Below are positions 46,695 through 56,423 of a stretch of 64,000 bases of DNA, piece by piece. Every line of letters starts with the position of its first letter. Positions within the stretch are counted from its first letter, which is position 1. Made by a program: the position numbers and the translations under genes. The stretch is from assembly GCA_963792415.1 (NCBI GenBank), contig CAWBVY010000006.1:224001-288000 (forward strand), given 5' to 3'. Origin of the DNA: Candidatus Deferrimicrobiaceae bacterium (GTDB taxonomy: Bacteria; Desulfobacterota; Deferrimicrobia; Deferrimicrobiales; Deferrimicrobiaceae). The notes under the pieces are model-generated. The model was not told the origin of the DNA. It did no database searches and saw only the letters and a program-made list of their open reading frames with translations.

Positions 46695-47612
46695 TCAGAA
46701 CTTCCGCGTGACGAACAGCCCCGCCAGAGGCGCCGGGTCGAAGGAAGCCGAGCCGAGCCGGTCCCCTTGCCCGTTTTCGATGTCGAGCTTTCCCCCCAGG
46801 AGGACCCCCGCGTACAAGTCCGCCCTCCAACCGTTTCGCCACGTCCGTGAGAGGCGGGCGAAGAGGGGGATTCCCCTCATCTCGCCGATACCGCCGGGGA
46901 CGGCGCCGTCCTCGTCCAGCCGGAACCGGTACGAACGGTAGGCACCCCCGGCGGCCGCCTCCCAGTCCCCGTCGAGGGAGTACGCCAGCTCCAGCCCCGC
47001 GGGTCCCGCCGGTCCGACGCGGAGAGGGTTGGACAACCTCCACCGGTCATTGATCCGCCAGCGGACGGAAAGGAACGGGAAGACGCGCCACCGTTCGATC
47101 TGCCGGAACGCCCCCGCCCCAAAACCGAGGGACAGATCGGGGCCGAGGGTCTTTGTGGCCGAGAGGACCGCGCCGTACACCAGCGCATCGCCCGGGTCCG
47201 CCCCCTCCTCCCCCGCATAGCCGACGGAAGGGGCGACGAGAATCCGCCAGTCGGGGAAGACGGTGTGGAAGATCGATGGGGTGAACCCGATCCGGTGGAT
47301 CGTACCCCAGGGGGCGGGAACCCCCAGGCCGGACGCCCCGGAGAAGGTGTACTCCTCGCGATCGTAAGCAAGGCCCAGCCCGAGCACGGTCGTCGAACCG
47401 GTCGCCCTCGTTACGTCGGCGGTGAAAAAAGCGCGGGAGATCCTGAACTCGCCTCCCCCCGGGATCCCCGTCCCGAACTGCTGGAGGTATCCGGCGGCAA
47501 CGGACGCGGACCCCGTCGGCGCACCTCCCGGAGGGCCGCCCCGTGTCCCGGCGGAGGCGATCGATCCGGTCAGGAGCCACAGCGCCCCGACGATCCTCAG
47601 GATCCTATCCAT
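46695..47612 (-). CDS. putative outer-membrane beta-barrel protein (DUF6268-like)
   Basis: Signal peptide, alternating strands, VFPFLSVRWRINDRW, terminal Phe. Confidence 0.7.
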   Translation of the reverse strand: MDRILRIVGALWLLTGSIASAGTRGGPPGGAPTGSASVAAGYLQQFGTGIPGGGEFRISRAFFTADVTRATGSTTVLGLGLAYDREEYTFSGASGLGVPAPWGTIHRIGFTPSIFHTVFPDWRILVAPSVGYAGEEGADPGDALVYGAVLSATKTLGPDLSLGFGAGAFRQIERWRVFPFLSVRWRINDRWRLSNPLRVGPAGPAGLELAYSLDGDWEAAAGGAYRSYRFRLDEDGAVPGGIGEMRGIPLFARLSRTWRNGWRADLYAGVLLGGKLDIENGQGDRLGSASFDPAPLAGLFVTRKF

Positions 47613-49101
47613 TGGCACCCACCGCCGCCACGGCCCGCATCTTCGCCAGCAGACGAACGAGCCCCAAGGTGTCCTGTTTGCAGTATTCCAGCAACGCCCT
47701 GCGCAACCTGGACAGCTCCGCAGGGTCCGCGATGGATTCCATGGTGAGGTACGCCTCCGACGCCATCGCCCCGTCGGTGATCTCCAGGTCCTTGTACGTC
47801 ATCTCCGGCACGAGGACCGGCAAGACCGATTTCAGGGAATACGACCCGTTCATCTGCCAGTCGTAGATGTCCCGCCGCTTGAACGGCTCCATCAGGTCGA
47901 TCATCCCCGTGGTGACCGCGTTCAGGCGTTTGCGGAGCTTCGGGACCGATTCCCCCAGTTCCCTCAGCACCCGTTTCTCGAAGGCCATGTTATAGGCGAT
48001 CACGCACACCCCTTCGGGGATCTCATCGATCAGCTTCTCCGCGATCTCCTTCCGGGGGTCCACGCCGGGCCGCGCCAGGTATTCGAAGTGCCTTGCCTCC
48101 TCCCCTTCCGCGTCGATGCGGTGCAGGGAGTACTGGAACGGGACCTGCTGGTACGGCCGGGTTCCGTCGAACAGCGGGATGCCCGAGGCGAAGGTCTCGA
48201 AGTCGAGGAAGCAGACCGGGTACCGGACCTTCTTGAGGAACTCCCGGATCTTCGCGGGATCCGCGTGCGACTTCCTTTCCAGGAAATATTCGGCCTGCAT
48301 TCTCTGCATCAGGTTCAGCGAATCGAGCGGGACATCCTGCAGCTTGACGACCCCCTGGCGGTACAGCTCCCACTGGTCGATCCCGCGCCCCCGCAGGGAG
48401 AAGACGGAATGCTCGGGAACGTGCTGCCAGCAGTGCTCCATGAAGTCGCAGGGGTACGGGTCCCCGCAGTGGGGACCGATGTCGATCTTCGGCACCTTCC
48501 CTTTAAGCATCGCCCGCATTTCGGCGAGTTCCTCCGGGATGGACGCCTGCTTCTCCTTCACGATCCTGGAGATGTCCTGGAGGACGAACAGCTCCTCCGG
48601 GACGATGTCCCCGTCCCTTACGTAACCGTTGTTGATGTGCACCAGATACGACTTGTTGATGGGGAGCCCGCACCCGGAGAGGACGTAATACTGCACCGCG
48701 ACGTCGTCCCAGTGATGCTCCTTCACGGAGGTGGAGCTTTTCACTTCGTACAGGTCCCAGCAGCCGCGGTTCCGGACGATGATGTCCGCCTTCACGAAGA
48801 CGTCGTCGAAGGAGAAGGTCGCCTCGTAGATGGCCTTCGTACCGCGGTCGATCTCCTCGCGGGTCTTCGCCAGCTGCCCTTCCTTGGTCAGCCCGTCGAA
48901 GGGGACGACCACTCCCCCGGGGAACAGCATGTGAGCCAGATCGCCGACCTCGTGCCCGCTTTTCCAGAGCGCCTGGAGCTCCGGTGACGGTTCGCCCCGG
49001 AGTTCCGGCCGGTATTTGTGGAGATACAGGGATTTGTGGCACTGGAGCCCACGAGTGTAGAGCGACTTGCTCAGGTAGGCGGTCTTTTCAAACCTGGACA
49101 T
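47605..49101 (-). CDS. DUF2779-type protein: RecB/Cas4-like nuclease domain plus DEDD exonuclease-like domain
   Basis: LSKS..CHK, KADI..YEVK, Q.YVL, C..C..C cluster; LDFET, YNMAFE, YCKQDT. Confidence 0.8.
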   Translation of the reverse strand: MSRFEKTAYLSKSLYTRGLQCHKSLYLHKYRPELRGEPSPELQALWKSGHEVGDLAHMLFPGGVVVPFDGLTKEGQLAKTREEIDRGTKAIYEATFSFDDVFVKADIIVRNRGCWDLYEVKSSTSVKEHHWDDVAVQYYVLSGCGLPINKSYLVHINNGYVRDGDIVPEELFVLQDISRIVKEKQASIPEELAEMRAMLKGKVPKIDIGPHCGDPYPCDFMEHCWQHVPEHSVFSLRGRGIDQWELYRQGVVKLQDVPLDSLNLMQRMQAEYFLERKSHADPAKIREFLKKVRYPVCFLDFETFASGIPLFDGTRPYQQVPFQYSLHRIDAEGEEARHFEYLARPGVDPRKEIAEKLIDEIPEGVCVIAYNMAFEKRVLRELGESVPKLRKRLNAVTTGMIDLMEPFKRRDIYDWQMNGSYSLKSVLPVLVPEMTYKDLEITDGAMASEAYLTMESIADPAELSRLRRALLEYCKQDTLGLVRLLAKMRAVAAVGANG

Positions 49102-49278
49102 CTATCCTCCATCGGCCAGGATGGGTGTGCGGATCTGCGCGGTCCTATTGTATTTCCGAACCGGGAGGGAGTGGGCCGAATTCACGAGCACCCATCCTCT
49201 CCGGCCCGAAACTTTGCCCCTCCGGCGGGCTTCGAACGGGTGGATAATCCGTATCGTGAGGGAGGAGGTCCGCCGATC

Positions 49279-49914
49279 ATGCCCGGGGAAAGAAAACCTG
49301 CGCTGCCGGTGACGGTGTTCACCGACTACATCTGACCGTTCTGCTACGTGGGCGAGAGGCGTCTCGCCCGTCTCAGCGAGGAATTCGACGTGCGCGTGGA
49401 GCGCCGGTTCCTGGAGATCCACCCGGAGACCCCGCCGGAAGGGATGCCCGTTTCCGGATTGGGCTATCCCCCCGATCGGTGGGCCCGAATGATGGAGAAC
49501 CTCGAGCGGATGGGGGTGGCGGAGGGGATCGTTTTCTCCGAACGGACCTTCACGACGAACTCCCACAAGGCCCTCCTCCTCGCGGAGGCGGCAAAGGAAG
49601 AGGGCTCGGTGGTGTTCGAGGCGCTCAACGAGGGGCTGTTCCGCGCCTACTTCACCGAGGGGAAAAACATCGGGGACCCGCTGGTGCTCCGGGACGTGGC
49701 CAAGGCGGCGGGCGTCCCCGCCGCACGATTGGAGCAGGCGTGGTCCGACGCGGCCTTCGAGGAACGGCTGGACCGCGACCGGGAGGCCGCCGCCCGGATC
49801 GGCATTACGGGGATCCCCGTCTTCATCGTCGACGGCCGCTGGATCCTCGAGGGCGCCGTACCCGTGGAGATGCTGCGCGAGGCGGCGAAAAAGATCTCCG
49901 CCGGGAAATCATGA
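49279..49914 (+). CDS. DsbA/FrnE-family thiol oxidoreductase, selenoprotein (UxxC)
   Basis: VFTDYI-TGA-PFCYVG in frame (TGA 49333-49335); GITGIPVF; GGAGG RBS; downstream hairpin. Confidence 0.88.
49346..49371 (+). promoter_or_regulatory. bacterial SECIS-like hairpin
   Basis: GGGCGAGA-GGCG-TCTCGCCC 8-bp stem starting 14 nt after the UGA, extendable with bulged or wobble GU. Confidence 0.7.
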
Positions 49915-49956
49915 CCGGCATATGCCAGTACCGCGAATCGCGGGAAGGAGCGAACG

Positions 49957-50949
49957 ATGGCGAGGATCGTCCGATTTCACGAGACCGGCGGGCCCGAGGT
50001 GCTACGGATCGAAGAGGTGGCGCCTTCGCCGCCCGGGGAAGGCGAGGTCCGGATCGCCGTCAAGGCCATCGGGCTGAACCGCGCGGAATCCATGTTTCGG
50101 CAAGGGATGTATATCGAACCCCCGAACCTCCCTTCCCGCCTCGGGTACGAGGCGGCAGGTACCATCGAGGCCGTCGGGGCGGGGGTCACCCGCTTCAAGG
50201 TCGGGGACCGCGTCAGCACGCTTCCCGCCTTTTCCATGGGGAAGTACGGCGTCTACGGGGATTCCGTCGTCGTCCCGTCCGACGCCGTTTCGTCGCTCCC
50301 GGGAAATCTCTCGTTCGAGGAAGGGGCCTCCATCTGGATGGCGTACCTGACCGCCTACGGCGCCCTCGTCGAGCACGGCGGCCTGCGTAAGGGACAACAC
50401 GTGCTGATCACCGCGGCCAGCAGCAGCGTCGGCTACTCCACCATCCAGATCGTCCGAGCCGCCGCGGGCGTCTCCATCGCCGCCACGCGGAAACCGGAAA
50501 AAGCGGAGATGCTGCGGCGGGGCGGGGCCGATCACGTGATCGTCACCGAAAAGGAGAACCTCGCGGCGCGAGTGATGGAGATCACGGAAGGGCGCGGGGC
50601 CGACCTGATCTTCGACGCGGTCGCCGGGCCTTCCATCGAGGCCCTGGCCGCCGCCGCCGCGCGGGAGGCCACCATCTTCTTGTACGGCCTCCTGAGCACG
50701 GAGCCCACCCCGTTCCCGCTGATCGCGGCGCTGCAGAAAGGCTTGAACCTGCGAGGATACACCGTGTTCGAGATCCTGTCGGTGCCGGAACGCATGGAGC
50801 GGGCAAGGAAATACATTTACGACGGGCTGAAGTCGGGGGCGCTCTGGCCGGTCATCGACCGGATCTTCCGCCCGCTCGAAAGCATCGTCGAGGCCCACCG
50901 CTACCTGGAATCCAACCAGCAGAACGGGAAAATCGTCGTCACGGTGTGA
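49957..50949 (+). CDS. MDR-family quinone oxidoreductase / zinc-type alcohol dehydrogenase-like protein
   Basis: GGPEVL, LGYEAAG, ITAASSSVG, GKIVV. Confidence 0.9.
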   Translation: MARIVRFHETGGPEVLRIEEVAPSPPGEGEVRIAVKAIGLNRAESMFRQGMYIEPPNLPSRLGYEAAGTIEAVGAGVTRFKVGDRVSTLPAFSMGKYGVYGDSVVVPSDAVSSLPGNLSFEEGASIWMAYLTAYGALVEHGGLRKGQHVLITAASSSVGYSTIQIVRAAAGVSIAATRKPEKAEMLRRGGADHVIVTEKENLAARVMEITEGRGADLIFDAVAGPSIEALAAAAAREATIFLYGLLSTEPTPFPLIAALQKGLNLRGYTVFEILSVPERMERARKYIYDGLKSGALWPVIDRIFRPLESIVEAHRYLESNQQNGKIVVTV

Positions 50950-51109
50950 GGACGCGAAAATAAACGGTGTCATGGCGGGTCGAACCGATGGGAATCCGAC
51001 GCAACGAGATCATCGTCCGGATCCGTTGCTCCGGGCAAGGCGGCGGATCGGCTGATTCAAGGTGAGCTTCCGGAATTCCGTGATCCCGGTGAACGAACGG
51101 AGGCAACCG

Positions 51110-52009
51110 ATGTTCGACGTTGTCGGGATCGGACTCAACGCGATCGATTACCTCGTGGCCCTGCCGAGGTTTCCCGTATCGGGCGAGAAGCTGCGGATGT
51201 CCGCCTTCGCGCGGGAGGGCGGCGGCCAGGCGGCGACCGCCCTCGTGGCGCTGTCCCGTTGGGGCTGTCGCTGCAAATATGTCGGGAACGTGGGAGACGA
51301 CGAGCACGGGAGGCTTTCGTCCCTGCTCCTTTCGCGGGAGGGGGTCGACCTCGCCCACGTCCGGACGGTTCCCGATGCCTCTTCCCAGTTCGCGGTGATT
51401 CTCGTGGAGGAGGAAACGGGCGAGCGGACCATCCTGTGGGACCGGGATCCGCGGATCCGGATATCGCCGGAAGACCTGCCGCTTGACGACATCCGGCAGG
51501 CGCGGGCGCTCCTTCTCGACGGCCACGACGTTCCCCCGGCGATCGCCGCGGCGAGGGCCGCCCGGGCCGCGGGCGTTCCCGTCGTGCTCGACGCGGAAAA
51601 GGTGCAGGAGGGGACGGAGGAACTGCTGTCCCTGTGCGATCACATCGTGGCCGCGGGACACTTTCCGGGGTTGCTCATCCCCGGGGTCCCGGCGGAGGAC
51701 GGCGCCCGGGAGATCCTGCAACGGTACGCGCCCAGGACGTCCACGGTGACGCTCGGTCCCCGCGGGGCCTTCGGGTGCGACGGCCGGGAGGAGATCTTCT
51801 CTCCCTCCATCCGCATAGAGGCTCTCGACACCACGGGCGCCGGGGACATCTTCCACGCCGGCTTCCTGTACGCCCTCCTCGGAGGGCTTCCCTTCCGGGA
51901 GATCCTCGCTTTCGCCAACGCCGCGGCCGGCCTCTCCTGCCGGGGAATGGGGGGACGGGCCGCGATCCCGACGCTCGAGGCGATCCGGACAGCCGGGATT
52001 GCTCAATAG
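51110..52009 (+). CDS. PfkB-family carbohydrate kinase
   Basis: GGQAATA, VTLGPRG, DTTGAGDIF. Confidence 0.92.
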   Translation: MFDVVGIGLNAIDYLVALPRFPVSGEKLRMSAFAREGGGQAATALVALSRWGCRCKYVGNVGDDEHGRLSSLLLSREGVDLAHVRTVPDASSQFAVILVEEETGERTILWDRDPRIRISPEDLPLDDIRQARALLLDGHDVPPAIAAARAARAAGVPVVLDAEKVQEGTEELLSLCDHIVAAGHFPGLLIPGVPAEDGAREILQRYAPRTSTVTLGPRGAFGCDGREEIFSPSIRIEALDTTGAGDIFHAGFLYALLGGLPFREILAFANAAAGLSCRGMGGRAAIPTLEAIRTAGIAQ

Positions 52010-52200
52010 CCATCCGCCGGAGGTGAAGATTCCGGCGCCAATCCTGCCGGCGACATCGATCGCCAGTGCCGCCGTCAATACAGGTTGTCCTGAAATTGAG
52101 GCGGGTATAATGACCCTGTACGACCGCATTCAACGCTTGACGCCGTTTCGTGAAATTCACCCGCAGGAACGGCGGGGTCCTCGAACCGGGAAAGGGGAAG

Positions 52201-53334
52201 ATGCCGAAGCACCTGGTATTCGTGGGCGGCGGCCACGCCCACCTCACGGCACTGATACGCCTGCGGGACACCGTGCGGTCCGGTCACCGCGTCACGTTGA
52301 TCGGCCCTTCCCCCTATCACTACTATTCGGGAATGGGCCCCGGCCTCCTCTCCGGAATCTACCGGCCCGCCGAGGCCCGCTTCCACGTGAAAAAGATGGC
52401 GCAGGACCGGGGGGCGACGTTCCTCGAGGACCGCGTGGTCCTGGTGGACCCCGTCCGGCGCACCCTGGTTCTCGGTTCGGGAGCCGAGGTCCGGTACGAT
52501 GCCGTCTCCTTCAACACGGGGAGCGGGGTCCCTTTGGATCTCCTCCATCCCTCCGGCGACAACATTTTTCCCGTCAAGCCGATCGAGAACCTCCTTGCCG
52601 CGCGAAGGAAGATACTGGAAGCAGCCGCCGGAAAGAGAATCCGCGCCGTCGTGGTGGGCGGAGGGCCCGCGGGCGTCGAAATCTCCGCAAACCTGGGGCA
52701 TCTCGGGAGGGAAACGGGCCGGATCGGGGGGATCACTCTCGTATCCCGGTCGCCCGTGCTGGGCGATTTCCCCGAGAAGGCGCGTGCACAGGTGCGAGGG
52801 GCCCTCGCCCGGTGGGGGGTCGTATCGATCGAGGGGGTTGCCGCGGAATCGGTCGCCAGCGGGATGGTGCGGTTGGAAAACGGCATGCGCCTCGAGGGGG
52901 ACATGGTGTTCGTCGCGGTCGGGATCCGTCCGTCCCCGCTCTTTCGGAATTCGGGCCTTCCCACGGGTGAGGACGGGGGGATGCTGGTCAACGATTGCCT
53001 GCAGTGCGTGGACCACCCGGAACTGTTCGGGGGCGGGGATTGCATCTCCCTGGCGGGGTCCCCGCTGGCGCGGGTCGGCGTCTATGCCGTGCGTCAGAAC
53101 CTCCCCCTCCACCGGAACCTGTCGGCGTTTCTCGAAGGGAGGCCCCTTCAACGATTCGATCCCGGGGGCGACTATCTCCTGATATTGAACCTGGGGGATC
53201 GCACGGGTCTTTTCCGGCGGAAAGGGATCGTCTGGAGCGGGCGGCTCGCCTTCCAGCTGAAGAACTACCTCGACACGAGATTCATGCGAAAATTCCAGGT
53301 GTCCGGAGAACTCCGCGAATCGCCCGGAGAGTGA
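52201..53334 (+). CDS. FAD-dependent pyridine nucleotide-disulfide oxidoreductase, resembling the domain found N-terminal to SelD
   Basis: VGGGHAH, YYSGMGPG, VGGGPAGVE, FGGGDC, GVYAVRQ, LKNYLDTRFM. Confidence 0.85.
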   Translation: MPKHLVFVGGGHAHLTALIRLRDTVRSGHRVTLIGPSPYHYYSGMGPGLLSGIYRPAEARFHVKKMAQDRGATFLEDRVVLVDPVRRTLVLGSGAEVRYDAVSFNTGSGVPLDLLHPSGDNIFPVKPIENLLAARRKILEAAAGKRIRAVVVGGGPAGVEISANLGHLGRETGRIGGITLVSRSPVLGDFPEKARAQVRGALARWGVVSIEGVAAESVASGMVRLENGMRLEGDMVFVAVGIRPSPLFRNSGLPTGEDGGMLVNDCLQCVDHPELFGGGDCISLAGSPLARVGVYAVRQNLPLHRNLSAFLEGRPLQRFDPGGDYLLILNLGDRTGLFRRKGIVWSGRLAFQLKNYLDTRFMRKFQVSGELRESPGE

Positions 53335-53361
53335 TCGAAACCGAAGGAAGGAGGGCTTGTC

Positions 53362-54183
53362 ATGGGATTCCTCGACTATTTCAAACCCGTTCCCACCTGG
53401 ACCGCCGAGGAGGTCCGCGCCTTCCTTCGGGAAAGGAGCGCCGAATCCTACAATCTGATCGACGTGCGACAGCCGGAGGAGTACGAGGGCGGGCATCTTC
53501 CGGGGGCCCGGCTCCTCCCGATGGCGGAGCTGAAGGATCGCCTCGGCGACCTCGACCGGTCCAAGCCGACCATCACCTATTGAAGGAGAGGGGTCCGCAG
53601 CCGTGCCGCTGCGGCAACGCTTTCGGAGGCCGGCTTCTCGCAGGTTCACAGCATGGAGGGGGGAATCGATGCCTGGAACGGCCTCGCGGCCGTGGGGGCG
53701 TATGAAGCAGGACTTGCGTACTTCTCCCGGGCGTCGCAGCCCGAAGAACTGATTTCGCTATCCTTCGCCCTCGAGGAGGGGAACCGCGTCTTCTACGAGC
53801 GCATTTCCATGGAACTGAAAGAGAAGGAAGCGGCCTCGATCTTCCGGTCGATGGGACAGGCGGAGGAACGGCACAAGGAGACCCTTCGGGAGCTTCACGC
53901 CCGGGTCACCGGGAAAGGCGCGAACCCCGCGCAACCGGAAGGGATGGAGGCTGGAGCATTTCTGGAGGGAGGGGCTCCGCTTCAAGAGACGCTCGATTGG
54001 GCCAAAGGCAAGACGCTGGAGGAGATCCTCGAACTCGCCATCGCGATGGAGTCGAACGCCCTGGACCGTTACATCAAGATGGGGAGGGCGGTCACGGACG
54101 AACGGTCAAGGGAGGTCTTCCTGGCGCTCTCCCGGGAAGAACAGAAGCACCTGGAGCGGATGACCTCCCTGCTGGACCGGTAG
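53362..54183 (+). CDS. rhodanese plus ferritin/rubrerythrin-like fusion, selenoprotein (Sec at the rhodanese active site)
   Basis: IDVRQPEEY..GHLPGA...ITY-TGA-RRGVRS..MEGGIDAW (TGA 53581-53583 in frame); EEGNRVFY, EERH, ESNALDRY, EEQKH. Confidence 0.88.
53595..53614 (+). promoter_or_regulatory. bacterial SECIS-like hairpin
   Basis: CCGCAGC-CGTGCC-GCTGCGG stem starting 11 nt after the UGA. Confidence 0.65.
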
Positions 54184-54241
54184 CGGGGCAAGGGGGAATC
54201 GTGCGAACTTCCCCCGGTTTCGCGGACAAAGTCGTCCGGAC

Positions 54242-54937
54242 TCAGCTTTCCTTCGCGAAATGCTCCTCCAGCGTGGAGCAGATCCGGTCCGGCTTCCGGT
54301 AGAACAACGAGAAACGAAGATCCACGGCCTGGGGAAACTGCGCATACAACAGGTGCGCCACCTCGTCGGGCCGCTTGATCGGCTCCCATCGGGCATTCGT
54401 CTTCGGACGAACGAACCGCCCGCTCAGCAGGAGCCGGAAGAACATCATGTCGCACAACATTCCCTCCAGCCATGGAGTCCAATTTTCGTACCCGGCGATC
54501 CACGTCGACTGCGCGCCACCGAGCAGCACCTCGGCCGTCCTCCTGTTGACGAAATCGCAGGCACCGAAGTAGAGCCCGTCGTAACTCGTGAGGGGCGCCA
54601 GTATGTTCTTGAGACGCCGGCGGCTGATGTCCTGCACCGCACTGATGACCCCCCGCTTTCCGTGGCAGGCGAAATAGGCGATCTTCCTGCGCTGGTCCAC
54701 CCCCTGGTCGTGCCGGTAGAGCGCGTCCTTCAATCCCTCCGCGTTCTGGAAGACGACATAACTGAACAACGCATCGTGTCCGGGCGTATCCTGGTGCACC
54801 CCGTTGCGCCGCAGGTACGTTTCGTTCGTGTCCCGCTTCAACTGCCCGAAAAAGGGCTTGACGGTTTCGTCGTGGAGATGGTCCCACTGCGCCTCGAATA
54901 CCTTGATGATGTACCGGACCCCGTTTCTCTCCCGCAT
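54242..54937 (-). CDS. hypothetical protein with caspase/CHAT-like His-Cys motifs (DUF6642-like)
   Basis: IAYFACHG and LYFGAC, WIAGY; GGAG RBS. Confidence 0.65.
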   Translation of the reverse strand: MRERNGVRYIIKVFEAQWDHLHDETVKPFFGQLKRDTNETYLRRNGVHQDTPGHDALFSYVVFQNAEGLKDALYRHDQGVDQRRKIAYFACHGKRGVISAVQDISRRRLKNILAPLTSYDGLYFGACDFVNRRTAEVLLGGAQSTWIAGYENWTPWLEGMLCDMMFFRLLLSGRFVRPKTNARWEPIKRPDEVAHLLYAQFPQAVDLRFSLFYRKPDRICSTLEEHFAKES

Positions 54938-55472
54938 GGCGAATCTCCAGGATCGACTGTCTGCAGATCCGTTTCCAGGAACGGAGGCGCCAAAATGTTC
55001 CCTGTCCCCGGAACCAATCGCGTTATCCCTTTGGATCGTTTCCCGTCGGGCAATCATTATACCCCACTGGCGGCGTACATATACATGTAGTTGATTATAA
55101 AGAGAAATATTGAATAAACCGAACGGGGGACGGAAGGGACCCTTCTCCGGCCCATCTGTATCCAGGCTAACTTTTTGTTATCGTTCATTTAATTGGATAA
55201 CGGGCATTTCATTGGGGGTGGGCTGTGGATTTATCTTCAATTATATCAACATTTTACAAATAGCGCTCCGCTCCTCGACCTTCCCCGTGGGGACGTTTTC
55301 GGCGCATGTATGATAATCGGCGGGCGGTTCTCCGCCCTGCTGCAATCCGCCCGACTGCCGGAACTCAGGCGAATGCTTTTTCTCGCGGGCATGAGTCTAC
55401 GGTTTGCTCGTCGGTGTCCTATCGAAGTCCCGGTTGAGAACCTCACGTCCCCTTCTCACGGTCCATCCCCTT

Positions 55473-55868
55473 CTACCCCTTGTCCCAAGGGTTCAGCCGC
55501 AGCCGCCCTCCCGGAAGCCGCCCCTCGTGTGCGACCCAGACCCACCCGATCCCGTAAGAGACCGAGAAGGGTCCGAGGAGCGCAAGGAGCCACTTCCCGT
55601 TTCGCACGCCGAGGATGATCAGCGCGAGTCCGGCGCAAATGCAGATCGCGGCGATCAGGGTGGCCAGGAAGCGACTGGTAAAGGAGAGGTTCGGGAGGTG
55701 GCTCTCGATCGGCCGGGCCTTCACCCGTTCGCTCCGGGCGGGACGGGCCCGCTCCGCTTGGAACAGTCGACCCGGCAGTTTCATGCGGCCGGAGGTTTTC
55801 GGTTTGATGACGATGAAACGGAGGTCGTCTTTCTTTTTCCTCGACCTGTCTCCGCGTTTCGGGGCCAT
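55473..55868 (-). CDS. hypothetical membrane protein (2 TM)
   Basis: Basic N-terminus followed by two hydrophobic helices. Confidence 0.55.
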   Translation of the reverse strand: MAPKRGDRSRKKKDDLRFIVIKPKTSGRMKLPGRLFQAERARPARSERVKARPIESHLPNLSFTSRFLATLIAAICICAGLALIILGVRNGKWLLALLGPFSVSYGIGWVWVAHEGRLPGGRLRLNPWDKG

Positions 55869-55979
55869 GGGTTGATCAAAACCATCTCATAAGATTTCCC
55901 GCGAGTCAAATTCGAGGTGGCAAAGGAAGGCTTTTACGTCCGGAGCAGCCCCAGCGTCTCCCCCGCGCACTCCGATGGA

Positions 55980-56174
55980 TTAGAACTCGACGAGGAAACC
56001 TCCGAACTGGACCTGGATCTTCTCGTCCGGCGACAACTTGAACCGATGCACCGCGAGTTTCAACAATCCCGCGATGTTGTTTCCGCGGTCCGTTCTCCTC
56101 CGCTCCACGAGCGTCCCCACCTTCACCTTCCTCTCAAGGGCCTTGTCGACACTGAATACGGTGAAGGTCGTCAT
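55980..56174 (-). CDS. small hypothetical protein, paralog of 40696-40917
   Basis: MTTFTVFSVD..KVGTLVERRRTDRGNNIAGLLKLA; GAGGGGG RBS. Confidence 0.75.
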   Translation of the reverse strand: MTTFTVFSVDKALERKVKVGTLVERRRTDRGNNIAGLLKLAVHRFKLSPDEKIQVQFGGFLVEF

Positions 56175-56175
56175 C

Positions 56176-56394
56176 TCATCCCCCCTCATCCGGAGTGGTA
56201 TCTCTTCCCAGCGAAACGCACCGGGGACCGAGAAGGATCCTGTCCCCAGGTTCCTGTTCGAAAAGTACCATCGCCTGTTTCAAGATGTGCGGAGTGATCC
56301 GGGTACTCCACTGTTGGCACGATTCCAACAGGGAGCCGATCCGCGAGAACGACCCGTTGGATCGGCAAAGCCGATATACGGGATAGAAGTTCAT
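56176..56394 (-). CDS. small hypothetical protein, divergent member of the same family
   Basis: MNFYPVYRL..SRIGSLLE..ILKQAMVLF..GDRILLG; directly downstream of a sigma54 site. Confidence 0.6.
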   Translation of the reverse strand: MNFYPVYRLCRSNGSFSRIGSLLESCQQWSTRITPHILKQAMVLFEQEPGDRILLGPRCVSLGRDTTPDEGG

Positions 56395-56406
56395 GCCTGC
56401 TAGTAA

Positions 56407-56423
56407 TGCAACGGAAATGCCAA
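56407..56423 (-). promoter_or_regulatory. sigma54 -24/-12 promoter
   Basis: TTGGCATTTCCGTTGCA on the minus strand, AT-rich tract upstream. Confidence 0.7.

Noticed and set aside
49333-53583. Treating the TGA codons at 49333 and 53581 as pseudogenising nonsense mutations
   Set aside because: Both fall exactly on catalytic Cys positions and are followed by SECIS-like hairpins, so Sec recoding is more parsimonious
55080-55087. TATACATG matching one arm of the lexA palindrome
   Set aside because: Half-site only, with no matching opposite arm
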